Source: an uncultured Dyadobacter sp.
GTDB taxonomy: Bacteria > Bacteroidota > Bacteroidia > Cytophagales > Spirosomataceae
DNA length: 64,000 nucleotides
Direction: 5' to 3'
NCBI GenBank assembly: GCA_963976315.1
Contig: CAXBLH010000001.1
Coordinates: 968 to 64,967, forward strand
Shown here piece after piece: positions 48,260 through 59,014 of this stretch. Below the pieces are notes generated by a model. It was not told where the DNA came from. It was given only the letters and a program-made list of their open reading frames with translations, and did not search any database. Each line of letters opens with the position of its first letter. The first letter of the stretch is position 1. The position numbers and the translations under genes were made by a program.

Positions 48260-49525
48260 CTATTTGATCCAGTCCCCCACCAGCAAGACATTGTTTACAA
48301 GCCAGCTGTTAACTTGATAATTCTCAGGGTCTTCGAAAGGAATATTTCGTTTTGCTAGGATAGCCGCTTTGTCAAATTCCTTTCCTGTTACCGTAAAGGT
48401 TACGGTATGAAGGCCCTCTGATAAATCTTTAATAAAAAAAGCATTTCGTCGGTAATAATTACAATAGGCATCGAAGCGGGTGATCTCCGTAGCTGGTTTG
48501 TTATCCACCACCACCTCCACAATGCCAGATTGTGGACCAATTAAGTCATATACACCTAGCACTTTTCCCTTAAATTGGATGGTAAAGGAGGCTCCTGGGG
48601 AATTGGCATTGCTCAGAACTGAAATGCTTCTAGAGAATTTCTGAATGAATTCATTAGAGGGAGGTAGCTCGCTCCATTGGTCATTCCGGCTGAGTTGTGT
48701 CAATGGAATCATCTGGGCATTTTCCCAATTATCGTCGTCAAACGGCTTTTTTAATTGATGTTTTTTTGTTCCTGAGGTGATTTTCATTTTTGCGAAATTT
48801 CGGTCCACTACCTGCGCGTAGATCGGATGTCCGGATGCCGACAAAGGGTGTGTTCTGTCCTTTGTGAAAACGATTTTGTCAGGGTGCTCTTCAGGGTTCC
48901 CTGTGAAAATCAGTTTGCCTTGTTCCATTAAACGAATGACTTCCACGCCCATATGGATCGAAGGGATACCATAGTGTTGCGCAATTTGCTCCATTGCTGC
49001 TGCCGAAATCTGGTACGTGCCTTCTTGTAAGGGTTTGATTACATTTTCGGCAATGGTATACACAAAACAGATGTCGGTCATGGGATTGTGTTTCCATATT
49101 TTTCGGACAATGCCTTCCATACTTTTATGAATGGCTGCTGCGGGACCATTGCCGTCATTTACCGCAAATTCTACAAAAACCAGATCTGGATCATGGAGCA
49201 GCACGTCACGTTCCAGCCGGAACACGCCCAGGTTAGAGCCTGTACCTCCAATGGCCGCATTTATTTGCGTAAACTCAGTGTTTGCATAGTCACTTTGAAA
49301 CTTGTTAAAGGTAAGGTCTCGCCAACCATTACTGGCTTCTGTAATACTTCCTCCCAAATAAGCGATTGACACTGGTTTCCCTGACTTTACTTTTTCGAAA
49401 AAATTTGGCAAGCCGTCTCGCCGGTGAAACTCTGGCAGGTCGTTTATCGTTTTTTGCGCACGAGATGGGGTGGTACCCAGAAAGAAAATAAGGAAAATCC
49501 AATAAGAAAATAGGGTTCGTTTCAT
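48260..49525 (-). CDS. SGNH/GDSL hydrolase (secreted; probable carbohydrate esterase)
   Basis: Start MKRTLFS; block I LGGSIT, NAAIGGTGS, VEFAVND, DRTHP..GH. Confidence 0.9.
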   Translation of the reverse strand: MKRTLFSYWIFLIFFLGTTPSRAQKTINDLPEFHRRDGLPNFFEKVKSGKPVSIAYLGGSITEASNGWRDLTFNKFQSDYANTEFTQINAAIGGTGSNLGVFRLERDVLLHDPDLVFVEFAVNDGNGPAAAIHKSMEGIVRKIWKHNPMTDICFVYTIAENVIKPLQEGTYQISAAAMEQIAQHYGIPSIHMGVEVIRLMEQGKLIFTGNPEEHPDKIVFTKDRTHPLSASGHPIYAQVVDRNFAKMKITSGTKKHQLKKPFDDDNWENAQMIPLTQLSRNDQWSELPPSNEFIQKFSRSISVLSNANSPGASFTIQFKGKVLGVYDLIGPQSGIVEVVVDNKPATEITRFDAYCNYYRRNAFFIKDLSEGLHTVTFTVTGKEFDKAAILAKRNIPFEDPENYQVNSWLVNNVLLVGDWIK

Positions 49526-49565
49526 AGTTTTGGAATAGAGGTAACACCAAAGTTTTGCTGGGAGG

Positions 49566-50639
49566 CTATTCATTACAACCTTTACTGTTAATTACGATTT
49601 GAGCATCCACCACCTGGTAAGACCCCTTTATAATTTTACAGATAATATCCAGTTTCTCATAAAATGTTTCGTTTCCTAGAGGAGCCGTTATCGCACAATT
49701 CTTTAAGGTCTCGAAGTCATAAATAATTGTAATTCCATACCCCTCTTCCAGTGTTTTAAAAACCGTTAATAAGGGTGTATTTGAAAAATTGAAATCTTTG
49801 GACACTTTCGTGGAGGATTTAATAATTACGGGATTGTCAATGAGTTTCCTTCTGAATTTTTCCGGAGCACGGTCAAAAATAGCCATTTGATTAGGAACTA
49901 GTTCTAAACTTTCCTCCTGACTGGAAGTTTCGCTTTTTAAATCGGACTTTCGGGATTGTACCGTAACCCGCCCGGTAACCACCTTTACCACCACATCTAC
50001 ATCTTTTTCATAAGCTTTTATAGAAAAACTGGTTCCCAATACCGTTGTCACTACTTCATTGGCATATATCAAAAATGGTTGATTAGCTTTTTTCCCAACA
50101 TCAAAAAACGCTTCGCCCGAGAGGTATACTTCCCGTTTGTCATCGGCAAATGTTTCAGGATAACTGACTTTACTATGGGGTTGGAGTGTTATAACAGATC
50201 CATCACCTAGGCCAATGGTCATGGGATTATTGCTGTTATTTACTTTTTCTTTAGCAGGATGCAGCTGTGCCTTGACCATCTGGTCGTAAGGGGAGTGGGT
50301 ATCTGGTGTCTTCGATCCAATATAGTATAGTCCTAAACTCAGCAGAATTACAGCTGCTGAAGCATATTTCCATAAGTGTTTATAAAAGAATTTGTTACCA
50401 TTTCTGGACTCGATTATGTCTCTAACCTTCTCTTCCAGCTTGTCGTCGGCCAAGGTAATATGCTCCATTTCCAGGGACTTTAATACAAATTTAGCCTGGC
50501 TTACTATGGGCGCCTTGTCCGGATTGTTATCTATCCATGTTTCCCAAAAGGTATCTTCTTTGGGGAGTTTTCCATTGACCCATTTACAGAAATATTCGTC
50601 TAATACTAATTCTTCGGCTGTATAATTGATATAATTCAT
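49566..50639 (-). CDS. fecR: FecR-family anti-sigma factor (copy 2)
   Basis: LGDGSVITLQPHS, REVYLSGEAFFDV, VLGTSFSI, VVTGRV; paralog of 57311-58381. Confidence 0.92.
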   Translation of the reverse strand: MNYINYTAEELVLDEYFCKWVNGKLPKEDTFWETWIDNNPDKAPIVSQAKFVLKSLEMEHITLADDKLEEKVRDIIESRNGNKFFYKHLWKYASAAVILLSLGLYYIGSKTPDTHSPYDQMVKAQLHPAKEKVNNSNNPMTIGLGDGSVITLQPHSKVSYPETFADDKREVYLSGEAFFDVGKKANQPFLIYANEVVTTVLGTSFSIKAYEKDVDVVVKVVTGRVTVQSRKSDLKSETSSQEESLELVPNQMAIFDRAPEKFRRKLIDNPVIIKSSTKVSKDFNFSNTPLLTVFKTLEEGYGITIIYDFETLKNCAITAPLGNETFYEKLDIICKIIKGSYQVVDAQIVINSKGCNE

Positions 50640-50706
50640 GATAAAATAGGTCTAATATAAAATGGTACATGAATTTGATTTTATCCTGCAATAATATAAT
50701 TTTTTT

Positions 50707-50994
50707 CTAACTTGCCAACCAGGCCGTTTGTAAATCTTTGATAGCGCTATGCACTAAATTTCTGACAGATTGATAGTTAATGGACATCATCGTGGCAATT
50801 TGTTGATAATCCATTTCCTGATAAAACTTAAGGTATACTACTTCCCGCTGGCGTTTACTCAATCCCGAGAGTATTTGTTGCAATTTTTGGTGTTGAAGCT
50901 CCGTTGTTTCCACTTCTATCATTTTAGATTCAATTGAAAATTCACCCACAAAGTCAAATTCTGCTCCTACCTCTATGGCATAATTATTCCATTT
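50707..50994 (-). pseudogene. 5'-truncated ECF sigma factor (region 4 half only)
   Basis: 95 aa aligning 77/95 (manual count) with the C-terminal half of 58454-59014; region 2 absent. Confidence 0.85.
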
Positions 50995-51640
50995 CTGAGC
51001 GTCCATAGTCACTATCAACATCCAGTTTGCATCCAGTCGTAAATAAATAGCTTTCCGTCGAAATAGGAAGGGAAAGCAAAAGGAATGTTTTTGATATTGT
51101 CGAGATACTAAACCGGCCCGGCCATTGCTGTTCTACCATCGCTAAGGACTTTTGTAGATTGGCGGGAATGGCTGTGGGATACCAAATAAAGGAAGGCTGT
51201 GCCGCAGGAAGAAGCTTATATCCCCGGATGTTCACGGACTCGTTGGTGGGAAGTAAAGGGTCGAACCCAGGTTCTGAAACGCCGGTGTTGAAATCATACA
51301 GGCGATAAGGCTTGTTATTTCCTATAAGAAAAGGCCATGCTAAATTACTGGCCTTTCGTGCCTGATTGAACTCATCATATCCTTTTGAGCCACGGTTTAG
51401 GCTATCCAGACCGGCATCAGGGCCTACTTCTCCCCAATACAAATAACCAGTTTTGTGGTCAACTGATATACTAAAAGGGTTACGGTGGCCCATGACGTAA
51501 ATTTCTGGGCTGCCTTTTGATCCATTAGCAGGAAACAAATTGACATTAGGAACGGTAGATACTCTGTCGGACTGCGGCTTTATCTTTAGGATTTTGGACA
51601 TTTGCTGAATAGGTTATTATCAGAAGCAATACTTTCGAAA
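50995..51640 (-). pseudogene. Decayed internal fragment of a PQQ-dependent glucose/sorbosone dehydrogenase-type gene
   Basis: KILKIKP..NLFP..PEIYVMGHRNPF..LYWGEVGPDAG..GYDEFNQAR, frameshift, GRTAMAGPV*Y (TAG at 51110-51108), FPSYFDGKLFIYDWM, frameshift, NWMLIVTMD. Confidence 0.85.
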
Positions 51641-51816
51641 AAACTTGCAAATGTTTATGCGCATTATGCTTGTTGCGATTATCAGGCAACCGGATTTAAC
51701 ATTGAGTATTCTATTAGTAATCCTTTGGAAGGTTATTCAGTTGATATACTCGTAAGGTGAATGGATTCGAATGAAGTGTGAGGTATATGCTGACAAATTG
51801 CTGGTGAGGTTTTAGA

Positions 51817-51862
51817 AAAGTATTTCCCCAAATTCCAAAACTCTGGCTTGGGGAAATACTTT
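51817..51862 (-). terminator. Terminator after second susD
   Basis: AAAGTATTTCCCCAA...TTGGGGAAATACTTT, 15-bp inverted repeat next to the stop codon. Confidence 0.8.
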
Positions 51863-51865
51863 ATA

Positions 51866-53491
51866 TTACTGGTAATCGGGATTGAGGCTTTTCTCAGCAG
51901 CTGGAACAGTCCATTTCCAGTCACTGTAAGGAGCAGGTACTCCGGCAACTCCTTTGCGGTCCCCTGCTGGTATATCCATTTGGGTAGCCATCATAAAGTC
52001 GAGCGTCCAACCTTCCCCAGTCATTTCCTTTAGATATTCGGCAAAAATGGCGTCATGAGTTACATTGGCGGCCGAGAATTTATTGGGTATCGAAGGGTTG
52101 GAGCGATTCCAAACTTTATTTAAATCTTGGGCGGCTCCATCGCTGTTACCGGCATTCCAGCGAAGCCAGGCACGAACAAGATAAACATCTGCCAACCTTA
52201 TTAACGGGAATTTGCTATACCGACCGTCTCCGGGCCCCCCACGATTATACTTATCAATATAAATTTGTGGCTTGTTTACTTGAATGTGCTGACTTAGCGT
52301 TTCAAATAGGAATGGATCTCCACCAGCTTTGTAAGGAAGCAGATGATAGTAAACCTGAGTATAACGTAAATCGTTTTTAGCCTCTTTGGATACTTCAAAA
52401 TCGCCATTAAGAGGGTCATTCATCCATCCCATTTTGTCTATGGCCCAGTAACTGAACGTAAACTGATTGGCCCCTGATTTGTTCATACCGGCCCCTCTGC
52501 CAAAATCATCGGCATCACGATCTTGTAATGAGAATATCCAGGCCCAATATAAATACATACTCGCTCCTGAAACAGTTGGATCTCCTGTATTGAATTCTAA
52601 AATTGTTTCTTTTGGAATATCATTCGGCGCAATTTTGTTAAAAGGTCCAATAGGCTCTTCTAATGCGAATAACTTGCTAGTTTCAGCAGCATTTATAACA
52701 ACATCGGACTCCGCCAAAGCTTTGGCGTACTCGCCCATTACGAAATAAACCTTACTTAGCAATGAAACGGCAGCGTATTTAGTGGCCCTTCCTGAGCTAT
52801 AAGTGGGTATCATTGTGGCCGAATTATAGGCAATCGGAAGCATTTCTTTGGCCGCTATCAGATCATCAATAATTTGGTTATAAACGGCCTCATTGCTTCC
52901 GAGAGATTCGCCAAGTATTTCTTCACGGTTGGTAGGCACTTTGGTTTTGAAAGGGATATAGGCCTCATTATTGTTCCCATTTTGGTCATAAGGTGCACCG
53001 AAAGTTCGAACTAACAGATAGTAGGAATATGCTCTAACGAAACGATATTCGCCTATCTGGCGCACATAGTTGTCCCTATAATCACTGCTGTTTTTTGCTA
53101 ACTTAAAGGCATTTCCTTCACTGGTTTCGTCCAATTCGATGGCGAAGTTACACACGGTGATTGCGTTGTATAGCGCAGACCACATATCATTCGTATGCGC
53201 ATGATTTTGACTAAAAAGCCGGTTGTACATTTCATTCCAGGCAGCTCCTGTGGATGTGCCTGGTAATAATTGGGCAGTTCCTGAAACAGCGAAATCCATC
53301 ATTTGCGGAATAGCTCGCAGTCGATAATTGAGATCATAATAGGCAGTTGACAATCCCTGATCGAAGGTGATGGTATTAGTCCACTGGGTTTCTTGAGGCC
53401 GCTCCATCTCAAAGAACTTATCTTCATTGCAAGACCAGAAACTTGGTAAGACCAGTAGTAGGATGGCGGGCAAAATTATTGATTTTTTCAT
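51866..53491 (-). CDS. susD: SusD/RagB lipoprotein (divergent)
   Basis: Lipobox FWSC, GEYRFVRAYSYYLLV, VYNQIIDDL..A, GRATKYAA..LLSKVY, IRLADVYL. Confidence 0.9.
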   Translation of the reverse strand: MKKSIILPAILLLVLPSFWSCNEDKFFEMERPQETQWTNTITFDQGLSTAYYDLNYRLRAIPQMMDFAVSGTAQLLPGTSTGAAWNEMYNRLFSQNHAHTNDMWSALYNAITVCNFAIELDETSEGNAFKLAKNSSDYRDNYVRQIGEYRFVRAYSYYLLVRTFGAPYDQNGNNNEAYIPFKTKVPTNREEILGESLGSNEAVYNQIIDDLIAAKEMLPIAYNSATMIPTYSSGRATKYAAVSLLSKVYFVMGEYAKALAESDVVINAAETSKLFALEEPIGPFNKIAPNDIPKETILEFNTGDPTVSGASMYLYWAWIFSLQDRDADDFGRGAGMNKSGANQFTFSYWAIDKMGWMNDPLNGDFEVSKEAKNDLRYTQVYYHLLPYKAGGDPFLFETLSQHIQVNKPQIYIDKYNRGGPGDGRYSKFPLIRLADVYLVRAWLRWNAGNSDGAAQDLNKVWNRSNPSIPNKFSAANVTHDAIFAEYLKEMTGEGWTLDFMMATQMDIPAGDRKGVAGVPAPYSDWKWTVPAAEKSLNPDYQ

Positions 53492-53613
53492 AATATATAT
53501 ATGATTTTGGCAGTAACTGTTTAGCGCTTAGGCTCGTTTAACAATTATTGGCTTTTTAAATATCAAATTGTGTTATCATTCAGTTTTAACGGATATTCTT
53601 AGCTATCTGATTA

Positions 53614-56600
53614 TCATGGTGTAATTGATATTCCAAAGTTAAAATTCCGAGGGATTGTCAACGATTCATTGGTTTCGGGATCCAAACCGTTGAATTTTGT
53701 GAAGGTGTATAAGTTCATTCCTCCCACATACAAACGAACATTCTGCATACCTACTTTTGAAACGTATTTGCCAGGAAGTCTAAAACCAAGCTGGATATTT
53801 CTTATGCGCAGATAATTAGTTTTTTGAAAAAAGATATTATTGTTGGCTGTTTCGAAGTTGGTTCCAGAAGCGGAGGGATTGCCATCATTATCGTAAGGGA
53901 AATTATTACCCCATCTTAACTCTGGAAGATCTGCAATATCACCAGGTTTTTCCCATACCTTACCAGCAACTTTTGCTATATTAGATACCGCACTAAAAGT
54001 TCTACCCCGGTTGTATCTGCTGTTTAACTCATAACCTCCGCCAGCATATACTAGTAGCATGGTTAAATCCAGATTTTTGTACGAAAACCGGTTTGTAATA
54101 CCTCCAAAAAATGTTGGAAGCGCACTTTTACCACTCAAAATCATTTTATTGGCTTCCACGTTGGCCTTATTCATGGGAATTAATTTTCCAGTTGGGACAG
54201 TCTTGAAATCTGTATTCCATACTTCCTGATCTCTTTCGTCGATCATTGCTATACCCTTTTGTGGGTCAATCTCTACAAAATTTGCAAGGTACCAAGTATC
54301 AAGTTTTTCACCCTCTTTTCTGATGGTTTGTGAAGATTCAGCTCCCTTGCCCTTTTCGAACTCATTTAATTTAATGATTTTATTGTCATTGAAGCTAATA
54401 TTGAAATCTGTATTCCAGGTAAAATTGTTTTTATTGATGTTGGTAGAAGATAGGTCAAGTTCGTAACCCCAGTTTTTAAGATCTCCAATGTTTTCCCAAA
54501 CAGCATTGGTGTTGAAACCTGTGGAGATAGGCACATTTCCGCGAAGTATTAAATCTGATACTTTTTTGACATAGTAGGCAAGGGATCCAGAAATTCGATC
54601 ATTCAAAAAGCCAAAATCCAACCCGATATCTGTACCGGTGGTAGTTTCCCATTTCAAGTTTGAACTTCCAATTGGCCCGATTGTGGTTGCTCCCGGTAAA
54701 TAGGCTCCACCATATCGGTTAGAAGAAAGTCCATAATTTAGCTGTACCATTTCCGTACTCAGTCCAGTATTACCAGTTGTACCATAACTACCTCGTAACT
54801 TAAGCATACTAATTCCTGGAATATTAAAGAATTTTTCGTCAGTGATAATCCATCCAGCACCTAATGAGCTAAATGTTGCCCAACGATTATTCTTATTTAA
54901 AACGGAATGGCCGTCTCTTCTAACACTGGCACTAAGAATATACCGTCCGTTGTATACATAATTTAGCCTACCAAACATACCCATCAGATATTGCTCACCC
55001 CCCTTATAACCATCACCATCCGTTAACTGCAATGGGTTGCGAAGCTCAGGATAAGTGCTGAATACTTGCGAGCCTTCAACAGATCTTGTATAGGAGCTTT
55101 GACGTACGGCTTCGGCACCAGCGGTGGCTAAAAAGCTATTTTTACCAAAGGTTTTCTCATAATTTAAGAAAGCGTTATAGTTGATGACCTTACGTGTAAT
55201 GGACCTTTCTGCTGCTTCATTGTTGAAAGGAGCGTTGGCATCCAGTAGTTCCGATCGCCAGTAACTACCATTATTTATTAACAAATCAATACCGACTTCG
55301 CTTCTTAACTTTAAACCTTCCAGCGGTAATTTTAACTCGGCATAAGCATTGCTGATCGTGCGATATTCATCAGTATCATTACGGATTAGGTTTGGATCGG
55401 CGAAGGCTAAACCATTAAAACCTGAATTAGCAGCCCAGTAACCCGTTGCTGAATTTGGATCATATAGTTTAAACCAGGGCATCATAGCCACCCAGTTGCC
55501 CCAACCTCCAAAACCTTTTCCATTTCCGGACTGCACCCCGGAATTCTTAAGGTATAACATGGAGGTATTAATGCCAATATTTAATGCCTTAATCGGGGAA
55601 AAGTTAAAATTGAAACGCCCTGTTAAACGCTTAAGATTGTTATTTAGCAGCAGTCCTTTTTCGTCCCGATAATTTAAAGAAAACAGGACACCTCCTGATT
55701 CAAATCCTTTATTAGCTGAAAGGCCTACCTGGTGAAATCCAGCATCTTGTGTCATAGCACCCAAGTGATCCGTGTTAACGGCCATTGCTTCTTCCCGTGT
55801 CATAGGAGGTTTTTCGTCTAAAAACTGCGTGTTGATAATTCTATTTGGTTCGAATGAAGACGTATTGCCTGTATTTGCCCAAGCTTTATCCACCATTGTC
55901 CACCAGGTTTTAGTATCTACGTAAACGTCATTTTGTTTGTAGGGGAGCCTCGACATCCCACCGTCATAGGTGACAGTAATACCAGTTTTATTGCTCTTTG
56001 CAGATTTTGTAGTTACGATAATCACCCCGTTTGAACCACGGTTACCGTAAATTGCCGTAGCAGCAGCGTCTTTTAGTACTTCTATAGATTCAATGTCATT
56101 AGGATTAATCATCGCAATTGGCGAAACCGATGTAACCCCATTACGTGCTAAGTCCGTTGAACCAGTTTGGATGGGCACTCCATCCACTATCCATAACGGG
56201 CTTGAATTTAGATTGATGGATCCCTTACCTCTTATATTAATACTGGGCGCCGCACCAGGATGCCCACTGGTGTTTTGTATCAAAAGGCCACTGGATTGTC
56301 CCTGCATACCTTCTGCAAATGAGGCGGTAGGTACTTTTGTGACGTCGCTACCGTTTATTTTTGAAATAGAACCTACCACTTCACGGCGTTTTTGACTTCC
56401 GTAGCCGACTACAACCACCTCTTCGAGGGCCTTGTCGTCTGTCTTTAGAATTATATCTAGAGAATTTCGATTACCAGTCTGGATTTCCTGAGATTGATAT
56501 CCTACAAAGGAAAACACTAAAGTTGCCCCTCCGTTTGGTACTTCAATACTATACAATCCCTTAGCATTGGTAGTACTACCTTGTTGGGTTCCCTTTACCA

Positions 56601-57084
56601 GAATATTTACACCAGGCAGTACTTCTCCATTTGAATCGGTTACCTTTCCCACTATTGTGATATCCGCAGGCACAAAGGTCATTATTTGTCTTTCCTGTCC
56701 CTCGAATAGATTTTTTACCGATTTTTTAACATCACTCAATAATACATATTTACCGGATACTTCATACTTTATACCCAGTGGGGCCAACAACTTTTCTAAA
56801 ACAGTTCCGAGTCTTTCTTGATTTAGGTTTATAGTAACCCTTTGACCAGAACGAATTACCTGTGGGCTGAAAACAAACCTAACTTCTGTTTGCTTCTCCA
56901 GTTTTTGCAAAACATATGGAACTTCTTGATTTTCAGCGTGCAAGGTTACTATCTTGTCTAATGCTTGCGCTTCCAGATCTATGGCATACGAGAAACTGGT
57001 AAACAGCCCCATTAAAACCATCTGTGTAAGTGAGATTTGCATGAATTTCAGCCAAACGGCGTGGTTTGGTAAGTTTTTTTTCAT
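53614..57084 (-). CDS. susC: SusC/RagA TonB-dependent transducer with N-terminal signalling (STN) extension
   Basis: STN-like domain (LEKQTEVRFVFS..LEKLLAPLGIKYEV), VVVVGYG, INPNDIESIEVLKDAAATAIYGNRGSNGVIIVTTK, LKWETT. Confidence 0.95.
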   Translation of the reverse strand: MKKNLPNHAVWLKFMQISLTQMVLMGLFTSFSYAIDLEAQALDKIVTLHAENQEVPYVLQKLEKQTEVRFVFSPQVIRSGQRVTINLNQERLGTVLEKLLAPLGIKYEVSGKYVLLSDVKKSVKNLFEGQERQIMTFVPADITIVGKVTDSNGEVLPGVNILVKGTQQGSTTNAKGLYSIEVPNGGATLVFSFVGYQSQEIQTGNRNSLDIILKTDDKALEEVVVVGYGSQKRREVVGSISKINGSDVTKVPTASFAEGMQGQSSGLLIQNTSGHPGAAPSINIRGKGSINLNSSPLWIVDGVPIQTGSTDLARNGVTSVSPIAMINPNDIESIEVLKDAAATAIYGNRGSNGVIIVTTKSAKSNKTGITVTYDGGMSRLPYKQNDVYVDTKTWWTMVDKAWANTGNTSSFEPNRIINTQFLDEKPPMTREEAMAVNTDHLGAMTQDAGFHQVGLSANKGFESGGVLFSLNYRDEKGLLLNNNLKRLTGRFNFNFSPIKALNIGINTSMLYLKNSGVQSGNGKGFGGWGNWVAMMPWFKLYDPNSATGYWAANSGFNGLAFADPNLIRNDTDEYRTISNAYAELKLPLEGLKLRSEVGIDLLINNGSYWRSELLDANAPFNNEAAERSITRKVINYNAFLNYEKTFGKNSFLATAGAEAVRQSSYTRSVEGSQVFSTYPELRNPLQLTDGDGYKGGEQYLMGMFGRLNYVYNGRYILSASVRRDGHSVLNKNNRWATFSSLGAGWIITDEKFFNIPGISMLKLRGSYGTTGNTGLSTEMVQLNYGLSSNRYGGAYLPGATTIGPIGSSNLKWETTTGTDIGLDFGFLNDRISGSLAYYVKKVSDLILRGNVPISTGFNTNAVWENIGDLKNWGYELDLSSTNINKNNFTWNTDFNISFNDNKIIKLNEFEKGKGAESSQTIRKEGEKLDTWYLANFVEIDPQKGIAMIDERDQEVWNTDFKTVPTGKLIPMNKANVEANKMILSGKSALPTFFGGITNRFSYKNLDLTMLLVYAGGGYELNSRYNRGRTFSAVSNIAKVAGKVWEKPGDIADLPELRWGNNFPYDNDGNPSASGTNFETANNNIFFQKTNYLRIRNIQLGFRLPGKYVSKVGMQNVRLYVGGMNLYTFTKFNGLDPETNESLTIPRNFNFGISITP

Positions 57085-57177
57085 AATTTTACTTTGTTTT
57101 TGTGAGGAATAAACTATTTACAAAATCAACCCGGGGCTCATTTTAATGAGTAATCTGGCTAAGATTCGGGATTTATC

Positions 57178-57218
57178 GGGTCGGTAATGTTAGAGCATTA
57201 CCGACCCATTTTTATTTT
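57178..57218 (+). terminator. Hairpin in the fecR-susC intergenic region with T-tract antisense to susC
   Basis: GGGTCGGTAATGT-taga-GCATTACCGACCC-ATTTTTATTTT. Confidence 0.65.
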
Positions 57219-57310
57219 AACTATTAACTTTTATTTGGATTATTATCTAATATTATCATATAATAATCCAATGAATTCTGACATACATTTATTTAATACC
57301 CAAATAGTAA

Positions 57311-58381
57311 CTAATTACAACCTGAACTGGTAATTACGATTTGAGCATCTACAATCTCATAGGAGGCATGAATAACCTTACATATCAGATCTAATTTCTC
57401 GTACAAAGTTTCATTTTCTAGAGGAGCGGTAATTGAGCAATTTCTTAAGATTTCATTGTCGTAAACAATGGTAACTCCATAACCCTTTTCCAGTGTTTCA
57501 AATGCAGTAATAACCGGGGTATTTTTAAAATTGAAGTCTTGTGATACTTTTTTTGATGATTTGATAAGTATTGGGTTATCAATCAATGTTCTTCTTAATT
57601 TTTCCGGTGTTCGTTCAAAGACAGCCATTTGATTTGGATATAGTATTAATCCTTCTTGCTCATTGAAGGTTTCGTTTTTTATGTCGGCCTTTTTGGATTG
57701 TACCGAAACTTTACCAGTTACTACTTTTACCACTACGTCCACATCTTTATCGTATGCCTTAATGGAAAAGCTGGTTCCCAATACTTTAGTAACAACTTCA
57801 TTGGCATATACCAAAAATGGTTTTTTCGAGTTTTTAGCAATGTCAAAAAAGCCTTCGCCTGACAGGTAAACTTCTCGTTTATCCGCAGCAAATGTTTCGG
57901 GATAACTTAATTTGCTATTGGGTTGAAGTGTTATAACCGATCCATCACTGAGGCCAATTTTCATAGGTTCGTTAGAGTTATTGACCTTTTCAAAACCTGG
58001 ATGCTTTTCGGCCATCATCATCTCTTCATAATTGGGCTTACTTAACACGGCTTTCTTACCAAAATAGTATAATCCCAAACTCAACACAACAATTGATGCG
58101 GTTGCAAATTTCCAAAAGTTGTTATAAAGTAAAGGTTTCACCTTGGTGGAAGCTACTATTTGTTTGACCCTGTCTTCCAGCTTGTCATCTGCCAACGTAA
58201 TATGTTCCATTTCGAGTGCCCGTATTACAAATTTAGCCTGACTCACCATGGCCGCCTTATCAGGGTTGTTTTTTACCCAAGTTTCCCAGAAAGCGTCCTC
58301 CTTGGGAAGTTTTCCATAGACCCATTTACGGAAATAATCATCCAATACTAATTCTTCAGCTGTAAAATTGATATAATCCAT
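57311..58381 (-). CDS. fecR: FecR-family anti-sigma factor (copy 1)
   Basis: LSDGSVITLQPNS, REVYLSGEGFFDI, VLGTSFSI; lies between ECF sigma and transducer SusC. Confidence 0.93.
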   Translation of the reverse strand: MDYINFTAEELVLDDYFRKWVYGKLPKEDAFWETWVKNNPDKAAMVSQAKFVIRALEMEHITLADDKLEDRVKQIVASTKVKPLLYNNFWKFATASIVVLSLGLYYFGKKAVLSKPNYEEMMMAEKHPGFEKVNNSNEPMKIGLSDGSVITLQPNSKLSYPETFAADKREVYLSGEGFFDIAKNSKKPFLVYANEVVTKVLGTSFSIKAYDKDVDVVVKVVTGKVSVQSKKADIKNETFNEQEGLILYPNQMAVFERTPEKLRRTLIDNPILIKSSKKVSQDFNFKNTPVITAFETLEKGYGVTIVYDNEILRNCSITAPLENETLYEKLDLICKVIHASYEIVDAQIVITSSGCN

Positions 58382-58453
58382 GATAATATAGGTCTATAGA
58401 TAGATTAGGGGTGTACCTTGATTTTGTACTGAAATAATTAATAGAATATTTTT

Positions 58454-59014
58454 CTAATTTGCCAACCATGCAGTTTGTAAATCCTTAATAGCAGTATGAA
58501 TTAAATTTCGAACCGACTGATAGTTAATAGACATCATATTGGCTATTTGCTGATAATCCATTTCCTGATAAAACTTGAGATAAATTACTTCACGCTGACG
58601 TTTGCTCAATCCAGAGAGTGCTTGATGTAATTTTTTGAGATGAAGCTCGGTAGTTTCAACTTCAATGATTTTAGTTTCTATGGAAAACTCTCCCACAAAG
58701 TCATATTCTGCACCGGCATCAACCGCATAATGTTTCCACTTATCATTATTTTTTTTCTCATAATAAATTTTTCTCCTTAGCGATTTGAGGAGATAAAACT
58801 TAACGTGGTCAGTATCACCCAGAAACTCTCTTCTTCGCCACATGTCCAGAAACAAATCCTGAATACAGTCTTCTACCAGGTTTGTATCAACCGTAAGTTT
58901 AGTACCATAGTTGAAAAGTGTTTGATAAAAAACAATTGCCAGACTATTGAATGCACCTCTGTCGCCTTTTTTAAAGGCAAGCCAAAGCTCAACTACCTCG
59001 CTATCATTGGACAT
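58454..59014 (-). CDS. ECF sigma-70 factor (FecI-like)
   Basis: GDRGAF, EDCIQDLFLDMW (region 2), LSKRQREVIYLKFY..YQQIA..MSINYQSVRN (region 4). Confidence 0.94.
   Translation of the reverse strand: MSNDSEVVELWLAFKKGDRGAFNSLAIVFYQTLFNYGTKLTVDTNLVEDCIQDLFLDMWRRREFLGDTDHVKFYLLKSLRRKIYYEKKNNDKWKHYAVDAGAEYDFVGEFSIETKIIEVETTELHLKKLHQALSGLSKRQREVIYLKFYQEMDYQQIANMMSINYQSVRNLIHTAIKDLQTAWLAN

Noticed and set aside
50984-51601. 205-aa ORF as an intact gene
   Set aside because: Homology switches frame after FIWYP and the true frame contains a stop, so it is treated as a pseudogene fragment
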